This document shows, one piece after another, positions 37,203-46,814 of a stretch of 49,421 bases of DNA. The notes beneath the pieces were generated by a model that was given only the letters and a program-made list of their open reading frames with translations, did not search any database and was not told the origin of the DNA. This DNA comes from Thermoplasmatota archaeon (GTDB lineage: Archaea; Thermoplasmatota; E2; DHVEG-1), in NCBI GenBank assembly GCA_016936135.1, contig JAFGPP010000117.1:1-49421 (forward strand), read 5' to 3'. A program made the translations under genes and the position numbers. Numbering within the stretch: the first letter of the stretch is position 1; each line of letters opens with the position of its first letter.

Positions 37203-39284
37203 TTATTGCAGATTAGAAGAACAAAAGGAATCATCCATCTTAAAAGCCAGTATTGGAAATTTATCTTTTAATCTTTGAATTGTGGTTTTCAATATTGTTT
37301 TTGATGGGGCTGTGCTCTGTGTAACTTTTATTTCAAGTATCTCAGACCATCCTAGACTTTGCAAACCTGTTAAATCCTTTGCTTTAACCCTTACATTGTA
37401 TTCTCCTTCTTGTAACCATGTATGCTCCAAATTTACATTTTCCCCAGATTCAAAAGGTCCCATCCATCCGCTACTTGTCCCATCATCCCAATCAAACAAA
37501 ATATAAACTGAATCTCCATCGGGGTCATTTGTAAAAGTTCTATATGAACAAGTTTCCTGTTTTAAACAAAGATTATTTCCTTCTGGCAAAGCAGGTGTAA
37601 CTGGTGGGTTGTTCTGCATAATTTGATTTGGAACTGGAAGAATTATGCAAGAAGGATGCTCGCTGTCCATATATAAAATATTTTGAGCAACATTGTAAGT
37701 TGTATTACCATAAATTGGATCTTGGGTATTTGGGTTATTTAAAAATCTAGGATAATTTGACGAAGATACGTCAACTCTCACCCTGTGGCCCGTATTCCAA
37801 ATATATGACGTGCTCCATAAATCTACAATAACTTCGTAAATCTCGCCTGGTTGCATGAATTCCCAGTGATCAAAACCGTTGCGGTTTCTCATGCGAATAA
37901 TTCCATCAGTAATCAACATAGATCTTCCATCAGGATATACATCTGTGAGTTTAACAGTAAAATCAGTGTCAAAACAGTCTGATGAAACATAAAGTCGTGC
38001 GTTTATTGGGCCAGTTGCCTCAAATGGTTCTTGTAAAATATCGCTTGTAAATACAAGCACATCATTTCTGTCTTCCACAGGTCTTTGATCATAAGGACCT
38101 TTTGGCAAAACTAAATTTTGTCCCCCAAGTGTTGGAACAGGATCGGTTGGATCGTATAAATAAGAAAGTGGGGAATATTCACCTGGATAAGATGTACTAA
38201 GCACACCATTGTCGTGGAAATAGCATTCTAATTTAGTATGTGGTATCGGCCAGTCATCAGCTGTTCGCCACTCATTTCCTGGGGCATCAATGTCATCAAC
38301 ATCACCCATAACATAGTACGAAACCGCAGGTCTGTTATCAAAATCTTTTGGACCATCCAAGCAATATTGGTTAATCATTTCCACAAACATTTCCCCAGCA
38401 GTAGTATAATCTGCATTTTCTGGATATACTAGTTCGCCTACATGCCTATTCAAACCGTGAGACCAAGGACCCATTATCAACTTAGATTTACCTAGAGAAC
38501 TGGGACCGCCGAGATATTGATAACCCATAAATCCATCGATAATTCCTTGTTCAAAGCAGTCGTACCATCCACCCAAGTGAATCGCAGGAACATTGACACT
38601 TTCCCAGTTGTCTTCAAGGGATGTGTTAGTCCAGAAATCAAGGCTATAGTTTTCATTGACCCACAATTCAGGTAAAATAAATAAGCTTCCTTGCCCCCCT
38701 AGCCATTCCTCAACTAAGTATTTTCTGAATTCTCCCCCTTGGTACACGGCATGTTTATACAAATTGGGAGTGGCTACGCTAATATATTGACAAGCAAGAT
38801 TTGATGGATTTGCACCGGCCATGTAGTACTGATTTATCCCAAGAGCGGAACCTCCAAAGGTAGCAATTTTACCGTTAGACCAACTTTGTTGGGCAATCCA
38901 AGCAAGGGTGTCCGGTCCATCCGTGTGGGCATTTCTGAAGACTGTGTCAATGCCTTCTGAGGAAAAGCGGCCCCTCATATCTTGAATTACTGCAGGCCAT
39001 CCATCACTTGCAATATTGATTCCAATAGCACTTGCCTCATTTTTATTGTATGGAGTTCTTATCAGGATTGCGCCATGTGCTGAATTTAGGTTTTTTGGCA
39101 AATAAACATCCGTTGCAAGATGAATTCCATCCCTCATCTCAACCATATATTCGGTAGGTTGAATACATCCAGAAAACATTACAAAAGTACATGTAATGAT
39201 AAAAAGTAAAACAACTAATTTACGTATTTTTCCTTTTTCATAATTAATCAGCCTTGATTTCCCCTCATTATAATTCATAGCCAA
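37203..39284 (-). CDS. CocE/NonD family (S15-like) serine hydrolase, probable lipoprotein, with C-terminal PKD-like domain
   Basis: MRDGIHLATDVYLP, RTPY, QDMRGR..SEG, GGSALG, GGWYD, GPWSH; FSGC lipobox-like; FDWDDG. Confidence 0.9.
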   Translation of the reverse strand: MAMNYNEGKSRLINYEKGKIRKLVVLLFIITCTFVMFSGCIQPTEYMVEMRDGIHLATDVYLPKNLNSAHGAILIRTPYNKNEASAIGINIASDGWPAVIQDMRGRFSSEGIDTVFRNAHTDGPDTLAWIAQQSWSNGKIATFGGSALGINQYYMAGANPSNLACQYISVATPNLYKHAVYQGGEFRKYLVEEWLGGQGSLFILPELWVNENYSLDFWTNTSLEDNWESVNVPAIHLGGWYDCFEQGIIDGFMGYQYLGGPSSLGKSKLIMGPWSHGLNRHVGELVYPENADYTTAGEMFVEMINQYCLDGPKDFDNRPAVSYYVMGDVDDIDAPGNEWRTADDWPIPHTKLECYFHDNGVLSTSYPGEYSPLSYLYDPTDPVPTLGGQNLVLPKGPYDQRPVEDRNDVLVFTSDILQEPFEATGPINARLYVSSDCFDTDFTVKLTDVYPDGRSMLITDGIIRMRNRNGFDHWEFMQPGEIYEVIVDLWSTSYIWNTGHRVRVDVSSSNYPRFLNNPNTQDPIYGNTTYNVAQNILYMDSEHPSCIILPVPNQIMQNNPPVTPALPEGNNLCLKQETCSYRTFTNDPDGDSVYILFDWDDGTSSGWMGPFESGENVNLEHTWLQEGEYNVRVKAKDLTGLQSLGWSEILEIKVTQSTAPSKTILKTTIQRLKDKFPILAFKMDDSFCSSNLQ

Positions 39285-39417
39285 TCTATAGTGATATTAC
39301 TTTAATAATTTATCATTATGATTACGGCATTTTCTAAATATTCAGATGAAAATCTATTAGCTAGTTTGAAACATTTTATTATGGTTTAAAAATCAGTTTT
39401 TAATTATAGTTATTTTT

Positions 39418-39522
39418 TCAAAAAAAGAAAATATTTGTTATTTTAAAGTAAGGATATTTCCACTCGTCATCATCCTCATCATCTGGCTCATCATCATATG
39501 GACCCAAAGTATCTTTTCTCAT
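39418..39522 (-). CDS. Acidic micropeptide (34 aa), not in ORF track
   Basis: GAGGTG RBS then MRKDTLGPYDDEPDDEDDDEWKYPYFKITNIFFF. Confidence 0.45.
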   Translation of the reverse strand: MRKDTLGPYDDEPDDEDDDEWKYPYFKITNIFFF

Positions 39523-39657
39523 TTTTCACCTCATTAAATGAATTAACAATAATCAAGAAAAACTATTTTAAATTATCTTGTCTTGAAAATTTACATAAAT
39601 AATTGCGGAAATACTGGTATCTAAGGGAAAAATTAAAATATCGAGGTATTCCAGATT

Positions 39658-40191
39658 TTAAATTTCTAAATCATTTACAAGATTTGTGTACTTCTCATGA
39701 ATCATTTTCCGGTCAAAATCCCAGAACTTCTCAAGCATGTTTTCTTGCTCCTCTTTATTAAAATATTCCATAATCGGGTAGAAAAATGCCTCATCTTCTG
39801 TATAAATGTGTCTTGGATACAGTGCAACAAGATTTTCCAAATTAGACACAATCTCTTTTATAGATCTTTTGTTGCCGTTTGCAACACTAACATTAGCGTC
39901 GTTGAGTGCACCAACTGTTTTTCTGGCAACCACATGGTCCTCGACTAATTTGTTCATTATTTTTTTATGTTCTGAAGAAAGCTCTTTCTTGGCAAGTTCT
40001 CTAAAAAGGATATCCTCTTCTTTCCCATGATGAGTTCTATCAGCATATGTTTTGAAAAAATCTATTCCAACCAAAATAAGATTTGTATCTATCTTGTCAG
40101 TCTCCTTAATTTTTACTACTTCTTTCTCCAATATTTTGACCATACGTTCAATTAGTCTATGTTCCCACATTAACGGACCAATGAGTTTCAT
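39658..40191 (-). CDS. Hemerythrin HHE domain protein
   Basis: EHRLI, HHGKEEDILF, DH, HIYTED..F; ATG at 40191 preferred. Confidence 0.9.
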   Translation of the reverse strand: MKLIGPLMWEHRLIERMVKILEKEVVKIKETDKIDTNLILVGIDFFKTYADRTHHGKEEDILFRELAKKELSSEHKKIMNKLVEDHVVARKTVGALNDANVSVANGNKRSIKEIVSNLENLVALYPRHIYTEDEAFFYPIMEYFNKEEQENMLEKFWDFDRKMIHEKYTNLVNDLEI

Positions 40192-40457
40192 AATATTTTC
40201 CACCAACAATTTGTAAATTCATATAAAATTAAATAGTTACCGTTAGAATTAAACATTTAATATAATTCCCCCTCCACGGAATAACCTTTAGCAACAATAA
40301 ATCACCATAGCATAAAAGCAGTTTCTAATCAAAATTGTACAAATAAAAACTATTCAAATATACTATTTTAATTTCGAACAAAAAATATATAGAAAGTATT
40401 TAGTCATTTCTTTATCTATCGTTATCATTGTATTAAAAATTGGAAGGAGTTATCAAA

Positions 40458-40622
40458 ATGAACTTAAAAGACGAGACTGTTTTGTCAATAGGCATGTTCT
40501 CTCTTACCTTCGGAATATTTATTGGACGTTTTACTTATTTTGAGTATTCTGGTTTTTCAATTTCTGATTTCATAGAGGGTGTTTTGTATGGTCTATCCCT
40601 AGTTATGAATCTTTTTATTTAA
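40458..40622 (+). CDS. Small two-TM membrane protein, possibly truncated by a homopolymer frameshift
   Basis: GGAG RBS; SDFIEGVLYGLSLVMNL; one extra T would extend it with YLIKKSKKLKNIS to about 40657. Confidence 0.55.
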   Translation: MNLKDETVLSIGMFSLTFGIFIGRFTYFEYSGFSISDFIEGVLYGLSLVMNLFI

Positions 40623-40870
40623 TTAAAAAATCAAAGAAATTGAAAAACATATCTTGATCTAATTCCTCGAGGTATCTCTTCTTTTTTATTTTGATTTTTA
40701 GTGATATAATTTTACCTTCTCGATAGTTTTGATGATGAAAAGCCTCGTTACAAAACCAAAAAGGGGAAATACGGAATCAGATTTAACCTTATAGTTAAAC
40801 GCAGGGGAAATATTTTACCACCACAATATGCAAGACGGTAATGGAACAAATAATTATTATGCATGCACTA

Positions 40871-41146
40871 TTAACTGTTTGCAATTGCTAATTTTTTAGG
40901 CTTAAAAATAACATTTAAAATCAGCATGAGAATAGATGAAATAACGGATGTTAATAGAACTAGAGATGCGCCAATACCAAGAAAAATAGGACCGACGATT
41001 CCACTGACATTTGCAGATATAATCAATGAGATTTCTCCCCGAGGCCCCGTTGCTAATCCGCAGAGAAGTGCTATTTTAAAAGGAACCTTAAAACGCATCA
41101 ATATAAATGTAAATATCAATCCTTTTGAAAAAATAGCGATGATCAA
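40871..41146 (-). pseudogene. C-terminal fragment of a CPA2 cation:proton antiporter
   Basis: GPRGEISLII motif of the last CPA2 helices; no N-terminal part. Confidence 0.6.
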
Positions 41147-41330
41147 ATTTTTACATTAAATTGCATTTATAAATAAATATTTTAGACTAACAAAATCTTA
41201 TGATGAAATGTAATTTTTGTTTATGTAGCTTTCTTGAAAAGATAAAAAAGTCATAGGGTTAACCATCAGTTCAGTTAACTTCGTAAGAAGAATTGGCGAT
41301 TTACTTACTCAAAAAAAGAGTCCAAAAAAG

Positions 41331-42971
41331 CTATGTTCCAGATGATACCCAAGATACCTGCTTAATTAATCTTCTATAATATTTTATAACAAGATAACAG
41401 AACAAAATGCCGATTAAAACTCCCAAAATCGCAACAAGTTTCTCCGGTTCAGTTGCATGGCTCAAATTTTGGATTTCTAAACCACAGATTATAAAAGTGA
41501 ATGCTCCCACGAGATAATAAAGGAGTTTGTCCTGTTTTTCCTTTTTTTTCTTTAATTGTTGGGTAGAGATGGACGATGTTTTCTTTTCGATACTATAATG
41601 CTTATTACAGCTATCGCAATACCAGATGTTTTCCTTAAGAGTCAATCTCAGTGGAGAAACGCAGTTTGGACAACAAGGAAGACTGCATGATTTTAGTTTA
41701 GTTTTTCCAAGAATTTTCTGGAATGGAGAATTTATACTTCGTTTGAGCAATGGTGGTGTGATAAGACAGCTTGTTATAATCAAGAGAAGTGTTGCAGTTC
41801 GTATTTGATTTGCTAAGAGACCCTGCGCATCCCCAAACATACCTCTATCGATCCCTGTCGTAATAATGATAAGTGCCACTCCCATAATTGGCATCATACC
41901 AATACCGACACTCATGGAGTCTCTCCTTTTTAGTCCTGACAATCTCGCTCCAAGTGTTCCTCCAAGGAAATTACCCAGAAGTGCAAAAGAAACAAACACT
42001 ATGATGAACAAGATAAAAATTTCTAACTGCCCTGAATGAATAATATATAAAAAGTCAAAGCTTGAACCAACCCAGACAAAAAAAAGAGGAATAAAAAAGA
42101 TGTAGCCAATGGTCTTTATATGTTCCAAGATAAAACTGGCCTGTGGTGTTTTACCCACGAATAAGCCTGCGATGAACGCACCAATAATCGCAGTAAGTCC
42201 CATATTCTCAGCAAATAACGAAAATAAAAAGCAAATCATCAATGCTGATGTAATAAGAATCATTGGTGTCTTTCTCGATGTTTTTTTCTTTGCAGTATAT
42301 CGTAGCATGACATATCCTAAACCTATCGTGAGTACGAAAAACAAAAATATTTGCATAAACAATAATAGGAAAGAATTATTTGTACCAAATACCGCAGCAA
42401 AAATAAGTATCGCAAGAATATCATTGAGAACAATTGCTGAGCGTAATGTTAATCCAACTCGTGTTGAAAGGACATCCAGGTCAGTAAAAATACGTATGGT
42501 AATCGTTGCTGACGTGGCATTAAAAATTGCCCCTAAAGCCATACTCTGCAATATGGTCATACGGAAAATTAGACCAACGAGACATCCAAATAAAAATGGA
42601 ACAATGACAGCAAAAATACCTACAAAAAAACCTGCTTTCTTTACCTTTTTTAAATCATCAACCCTGGTTTCCAACCCAACGATAAACAACAAAAAAATCG
42701 CACCAATGAGTGCAATTTCCTTAAACTCAGGGGTCGTGAGATCAAACTGAAAAAAATAAGATTTGACATTGAAAAAATTAAAAGACATTCCAGACAACAT
42801 ACCTACACAACAAGGACCAAGCAGAATGCCCGCAAATATCTCTCCGATAACACCGGGTTGTTTTAACTTTTGAAAAAATAAATTAAAAATTTTTGCGACA
42901 ATAATTGCTATGGTTATTTCAAGCAACATTAGAGCATCCCAATTCCTTAAAAAAGGAATAGCTACCAACAT
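41331..42971 (-). CDS. CPA2/NapA-type cation:proton antiporter with C-terminal Zn ribbon and two extra TMs
   Basis: KQPGVIGEIFAGILLGP, LLFIVGLET, ATS..IT, LNDI, IIGAFIAG, FIPLFF; CPNC..WYCDSC; start probably 42929. Confidence 0.9.
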   Translation of the reverse strand: MLVAIPFLRNWDALMLLEITIAIIVAKIFNLFFQKLKQPGVIGEIFAGILLGPCCVGMLSGMSFNFFNVKSYFFQFDLTTPEFKEIALIGAIFLLFIVGLETRVDDLKKVKKAGFFVGIFAVIVPFLFGCLVGLIFRMTILQSMALGAIFNATSATITIRIFTDLDVLSTRVGLTLRSAIVLNDILAILIFAAVFGTNNSFLLLFMQIFLFFVLTIGLGYVMLRYTAKKKTSRKTPMILITSALMICFLFSLFAENMGLTAIIGAFIAGLFVGKTPQASFILEHIKTIGYIFFIPLFFVWVGSSFDFLYIIHSGQLEIFILFIIVFVSFALLGNFLGGTLGARLSGLKRRDSMSVGIGMMPIMGVALIIITTGIDRGMFGDAQGLLANQIRTATLLLIITSCLITPPLLKRSINSPFQKILGKTKLKSCSLPCCPNCVSPLRLTLKENIWYCDSCNKHYSIEKKTSSISTQQLKKKKEKQDKLLYYLVGAFTFIICGLEIQNLSHATEPEKLVAILGVLIGILFCYLVIKYYRRLIKQVSWVSSGT

Positions 42972-43147
42972 ATTTAATGCTTAATATGTTGATGCATAGT
43001 TACCTGCACAATTAGTGGCCAAGAAAATAGGAAATGTTTTTGCTAAATTGTATTGGATAAAAAATAATATTTGAATATAGTTTTACCAGTATTCATCTTC
43101 CCAAAATACATCGGGGACTTAAAATTTCTGAATAGTTACCATATGAG

Positions 43148-43258
43148 TTATGCAGCTGGAACTATTGCGAGAGTGAAAAGGATAATAAAGATAGAAACCA
43201 GCACTTTTTTATTTATTCCATTTTCGTTTACAAAATAATTTTTAATTATATCCATCAT
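43148..43258 (-). pseudogene. Short signal-peptide-like ORF (36 aa), probable decayed gene
   Basis: AGGAGG RBS, MMDIIKNYFVNENGINKKVLVSIFIILFTLAIVPAA then stop. Confidence 0.35.
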
Positions 43259-43492
43259 CTATCAACCAACCTCCTAACTTATTATACCATGACAATATTT
43301 ATCAATACTAATATTTAAAGATATTTTAGCAAAATTACAATTTGATAAAACGACTGGGAATAATTACACGGAAGGGCAGGTCTTTTTTCTCAGATTTCAA
43401 GTTAAGCGGTCATTGATTAGATAAAATATTATATTTGCTAACTATAAAATCATTTATAAATTATTTAGTATTACCAACTTTTCAGATAAAGT

Positions 43493-43912
43493 GTGGAGGG
43501 AAAAAAATTGAAATTAAATGATAAGAGCGCTATGATTATTGCGATTGTTGCAGGTATACTTTTAATAATAGCGGGAGTTAGTGGTTTAGCAACATGGGAA
43601 ACAATTAAAGATTTTGTAACTACCCATGTTATTGATAATAATATAGTTCAGATAGTATTTGCCATTCTAATATTCATCGCATCATTAGGTGGAATTGCAG
43701 TCATTGCTGGTGGTTTATTATTAGGTAAAAATAAGGTTGGAACTGGTAAATTTCTTATTACTCTTGGTGCGGGACTTGGTTTAATTGGTTTAATATTTTC
43801 ATTTATCGTGGCTTATACAGAACAAAATCTTTCCCTAGGAAGTTTTTTATCGATAGGTACAATTGGATTAATTCTTTCAATCATAGCAAGAATTATTACA
43901 AAGAAAGAATAA
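43493..43912 (+). CDS. Hypothetical four-TM membrane protein
   Basis: Gly-rich hydrophobic helices. Confidence 0.75.
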   Translation: MEGKKLKLNDKSAMIIAIVAGILLIIAGVSGLATWETIKDFVTTHVIDNNIVQIVFAILIFIASLGGIAVIAGGLLLGKNKVGTGKFLITLGAGLGLIGLIFSFIVAYTEQNLSLGSFLSIGTIGLILSIIARIITKKE

Positions 43913-44083
43913 ACTTTACCACTTATTCAAAAAAATATGCCTTGAGACGAAATTTGGGCTAAAATTTACTGGCAAGAAATGCATAGGACGAGAATGAATT
44001 TCTAAATTCAAATCTTACATTTCTTTTTCTCTTCTAATAGATTAATAAAATTAGTTAATTTTCTAGTATTGGAAATATTGGTA

Positions 44084-44167
44084 TGCAGGGGACGAGATTT
44101 GAACTCGCGGACCACTAAGGACAAGACCCTCAATCTTGCGCCGTTGGCCAAGCTTGGCTACCCCTGC
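44084..44167 (-). tRNA. tRNA-Leu(GAG)
   Basis: GCAGGGG acceptor stem, CAAGA-TTGAGGG-TCTTG anticodon arm, variable arm, GTTCAAATC T loop; no encoded CCA. Confidence 0.95.
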
Positions 44168-44196
44168 AAAAAAAATATTTTTAGAATAACAATTCA

Positions 44197-44364
44197 TTAG
44201 AGTTCTATTGCGTTAGTTGGACATTCGTCAACACACGCCCCGCACTCAGTACATTTCTCCTCGTCGATAATTGCAATATCTTCAAGGGTAATAGCCTCAA
44301 CAGGACAAGCATCAACGCAAGTACCGCATGCTATACATTCATCTTTTTTGACTCTTGCAGCCAT
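44197..44364 (-). CDS. 2[4Fe-4S] ferredoxin (55 aa), not in ORF track
   Basis: [65 protein letters not shown]. Confidence 0.95.
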   Translation of the reverse strand: MAARVKKDECIACGTCVDACPVEAITLEDIAIIDEEKCTECGACVDECPTNAIEL

Positions 44365-44436
44365 AAATACACCTCCGTGAAGTATCCCTTTTAGGGGTTT
44401 AATCTAGATATCGTATTTATTTTTTCTGGTATTGGC

Positions 44437-44961
44437 TCAGATATCGTTTAAATCCATTCCACAAATATCAGATAACTCTTTGTGAAGTTTTACCAGTCTA
44501 ATAGCATATTCTCTGTTTCCATCTGTCAAAGCCCTCTCAATTTCATTTTCAATTTTTTGCCTTGAAGAATTATCAACAAGATTATCTGCGTGACAAACAA
44601 TTTTTTCTTCCAAGGTCTCAGGCAAGTAATTTTTAACAGGTAGACGGAGTTTTTTTGCCTCTTCTTTAGTCAGTCCCGCACCGATGTGTCTTTCAATAAT
44701 TCGGATTATAGATTTTGGAAGATTGAGTCTTCTGGCAATAGAAGCACCTTCAACGGCATGAAAAATACCATGTGTATTTGATCGACCGATGTCATGCAGC
44801 AATGCTCCTACCTCAACAAGGTTTCTATCTGCATCTGTCTTATAAGCAATTCTAACCGCAACATCTCTTACCGCTAAAGAATGTTTAATTACTTCATCCG
44901 AACATCCACTTTCTTTTAACAAATCTAAACATTTTTGTGGCGATAGGTCTTTTATATTCAT
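44437..44961 (-). CDS. HDIG-domain metal-dependent phosphohydrolase
   Basis: KHS, LLHDIGR, HAVEG, ERHIGAG, EEKIVCHADNL. Confidence 0.9.
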   Translation of the reverse strand: MNIKDLSPQKCLDLLKESGCSDEVIKHSLAVRDVAVRIAYKTDADRNLVEVGALLHDIGRSNTHGIFHAVEGASIARRLNLPKSIIRIIERHIGAGLTKEEAKKLRLPVKNYLPETLEEKIVCHADNLVDNSSRQKIENEIERALTDGNREYAIRLVKLHKELSDICGMDLNDI

Positions 44962-44970
44962 TAAACAAAT

Positions 44971-45483
44971 TCACTCCTCGACCGACACTACTTTTTTTCC
45001 GTTATCACACGGGAGAATTTCTATCTTTCCTTTAAATTGTTTTTCAGTCCACTTGCCGTTGGTAAATCTATCTAAAAAAAGTGCTAAAGCAGCAACTTCA
45101 GAATGTGGTTGATTTCCCACAGAGATATTGTAGTCAGACACTTGATATATTTCTGGTGGTACCTTTTCTGCTCCGATTATAATCAATATATCTTTATTTT
45201 TATCAATTTTAGTTATTGCTTCATCAAATCTCTGACCATACATTGTAAGATGAACAATAATACCTTTCCATTTTTTTATTAATTTTTTCCTATCAATTCC
45301 TGTTTCTATTTCAAATTTACCACCAAAACGCTCGGAAATTGACCTTATATTTTTTTCGATTTGCTTGTCTTGAGTTTCAATAATTATCTTATCTGCTCCA
45401 AAAGCACGTGCAACAAGAGCGACATGAGTTGTAATGCGCTTATCACGGCCGATTCTGTGCCCAAGTCTTAATACAGCAATCAT
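44971..45483 (-). CDS. trm56: tRNA (cytidine56-2'-O)-methyltransferase aTrm56
   Basis: LRLGHR..RDKRITTHVALVARAFGA, HLTMYG, GAEKVP, NQPHSEVAALA. Confidence 0.95.
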   Translation of the reverse strand: MIAVLRLGHRIGRDKRITTHVALVARAFGADKIIIETQDKQIEKNIRSISERFGGKFEIETGIDRKKLIKKWKGIIVHLTMYGQRFDEAITKIDKNKDILIIIGAEKVPPEIYQVSDYNISVGNQPHSEVAALALFLDRFTNGKWTEKQFKGKIEILPCDNGKKVVSVEE

Positions 45484-45573
45484 TGTATCACGTTACAAAA
45501 TACTAAAGATAAATTATTTAATTTTAAAAATAACAATTAACCCATAAAAATTTCTTTTTCATATTTGTGATAA

Positions 45574-46128
45574 TTATTTCTTGGTCCTTGGTTTGAAACC
45601 TTCACTAAACGTACCGTCTGTATTTTGGACCATAACCGTTGCATCTCGATCCCTGGCAATTTTTCTAGCTTCTTCTATAGCGTTTTCCTTTTTTCTATGA
45701 TAACTATAAATCTTTCCATGACTTCTTACAGCCCAGTCGCCCTTTACCTGACCGGGTTGCGGTTTGCTTACAACATAAATTACATTTGAAGGTTTCGGGG
45801 TTTTTTTATCTTTTTTTGATTTAACAATTCTATCGATTCTTCTCTCAAGTGCACTGTTCTTATAACCAGTTAAAGAGTCGTGACTAGGTGACAAATTATC
45901 AATCTTTTCTCCAATTGTGTCTACATCCCTCCAAATTCTTTGACAAGAATAGGCGTCAGTTTTTTGATTTGGGGGTTGAGTCCTTGGTTGAATGTTTTCA
46001 TCTGAATATAGTGTTTCATGATACTCGGCTAGATTACGCGTTGATGATTTTTTAAAAGTCTCTACTTTAACCTCTTTGGGTTTCTTCTGAGTGGGTTTTA
46101 ATTTTTTAATTATGTTCCATTCTACCAT
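45574..46128 (-). CDS. DUF2188-domain protein with N-terminal extension
   Basis: YVV...GDWAVR...KENAIEEARKIA...VQNTDG. Confidence 0.7.
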   Translation of the reverse strand: MVEWNIIKKLKPTQKKPKEVKVETFKKSSTRNLAEYHETLYSDENIQPRTQPPNQKTDAYSCQRIWRDVDTIGEKIDNLSPSHDSLTGYKNSALERRIDRIVKSKKDKKTPKPSNVIYVVSKPQPGQVKGDWAVRSHGKIYSYHRKKENAIEEARKIARDRDATVMVQNTDGTFSEGFKPRTKK

Positions 46129-46297
46129 ATAAAGCCGTCCTAAAAACGGTTTATCTACTATATATAAAAGTTATCTGTATTGATAAATCTTTTTCTTGGG
46201 ATTATCTGTAAATAAATTTAACGTTTGGTTTTTATTTTTGGTACTTCTGTCTTTACAATAGTTATAATTTAAATAACAAATTTAGCTATCTGATTTC

Positions 46298-46666
46298 ATG
46301 GAATTGCTTGGCATTGAAATTGGAGAATTGTTTACCTCCACAATAATTCAATTTGTAATAACTGTGCTATTGGGGGGAATTTTACTTCATATCGCTACAG
46401 GAATATTAAAATTTGAAAAGAGGAGTTTTACGATAGCAATTGCAGTTGTAATTGTTGGCGGAGTATTTTTGTCCTTTCTAAATTTAATTTCAATACCATT
46501 CGTTTGGTTACTTGGATTAATAGGATATTGGTTTCTAATTAAAAACCTATACAATGTTGGATGGGTTAAGGCAATTTTAGCCTGGTTGATGAGTATTTTT
46601 GTTGCTTTCGTAATTGCATTGATTCTGATAGCAATATTGGGATTTTCAGCATTTTTGTTTTACTAA
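46298..46666 (+). CDS. Hypothetical membrane protein
   Basis: Four hydrophobic helices, YNVGWVKA. Confidence 0.75.
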   Translation: MELLGIEIGELFTSTIIQFVITVLLGGILLHIATGILKFEKRSFTIAIAVVIVGGVFLSFLNLISIPFVWLLGLIGYWFLIKNLYNVGWVKAILAWLMSIFVAFVIALILIAILGFSAFLFY

Positions 46667-46705
46667 AGGAAAATCTAATATTTCTTTCAGAGATTGCAAA
46701 AAGGC

Positions 46706-46778
46706 GGGCTTATGGTCTAGTGGTTATGACGTCGCCTTCACACGGCGGAGGTCGCCGGTTCAAATCCGGCTAAGCCCA
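46706..46778 (+). tRNA. tRNA-Val(CAC)
   Basis: GGGCTTA/TAAGCCC acceptor stem, TCGCC-TTCACAC-GGCGG anticodon arm, GGTTCAAATCC T arm. Confidence 0.95.
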
Positions 46779-46814
46779 TTGGGATTTTAAGAAAAACCAA
46801 TTTAAAAAACTTCT

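Noticed and set aside
40730..40800. ATGATGA box C-like motif (C/D sRNA)
   Set aside because: No CTGA box D at a suitable distance.
42109..42750. 213-aa plus-strand ORF
   Set aside because: Antisense shadow of the antiporter gene.
44084..46778. tRNA genes as integration sites
   Set aside because: No duplicated tRNA 3' ends or nearby integrase seen.
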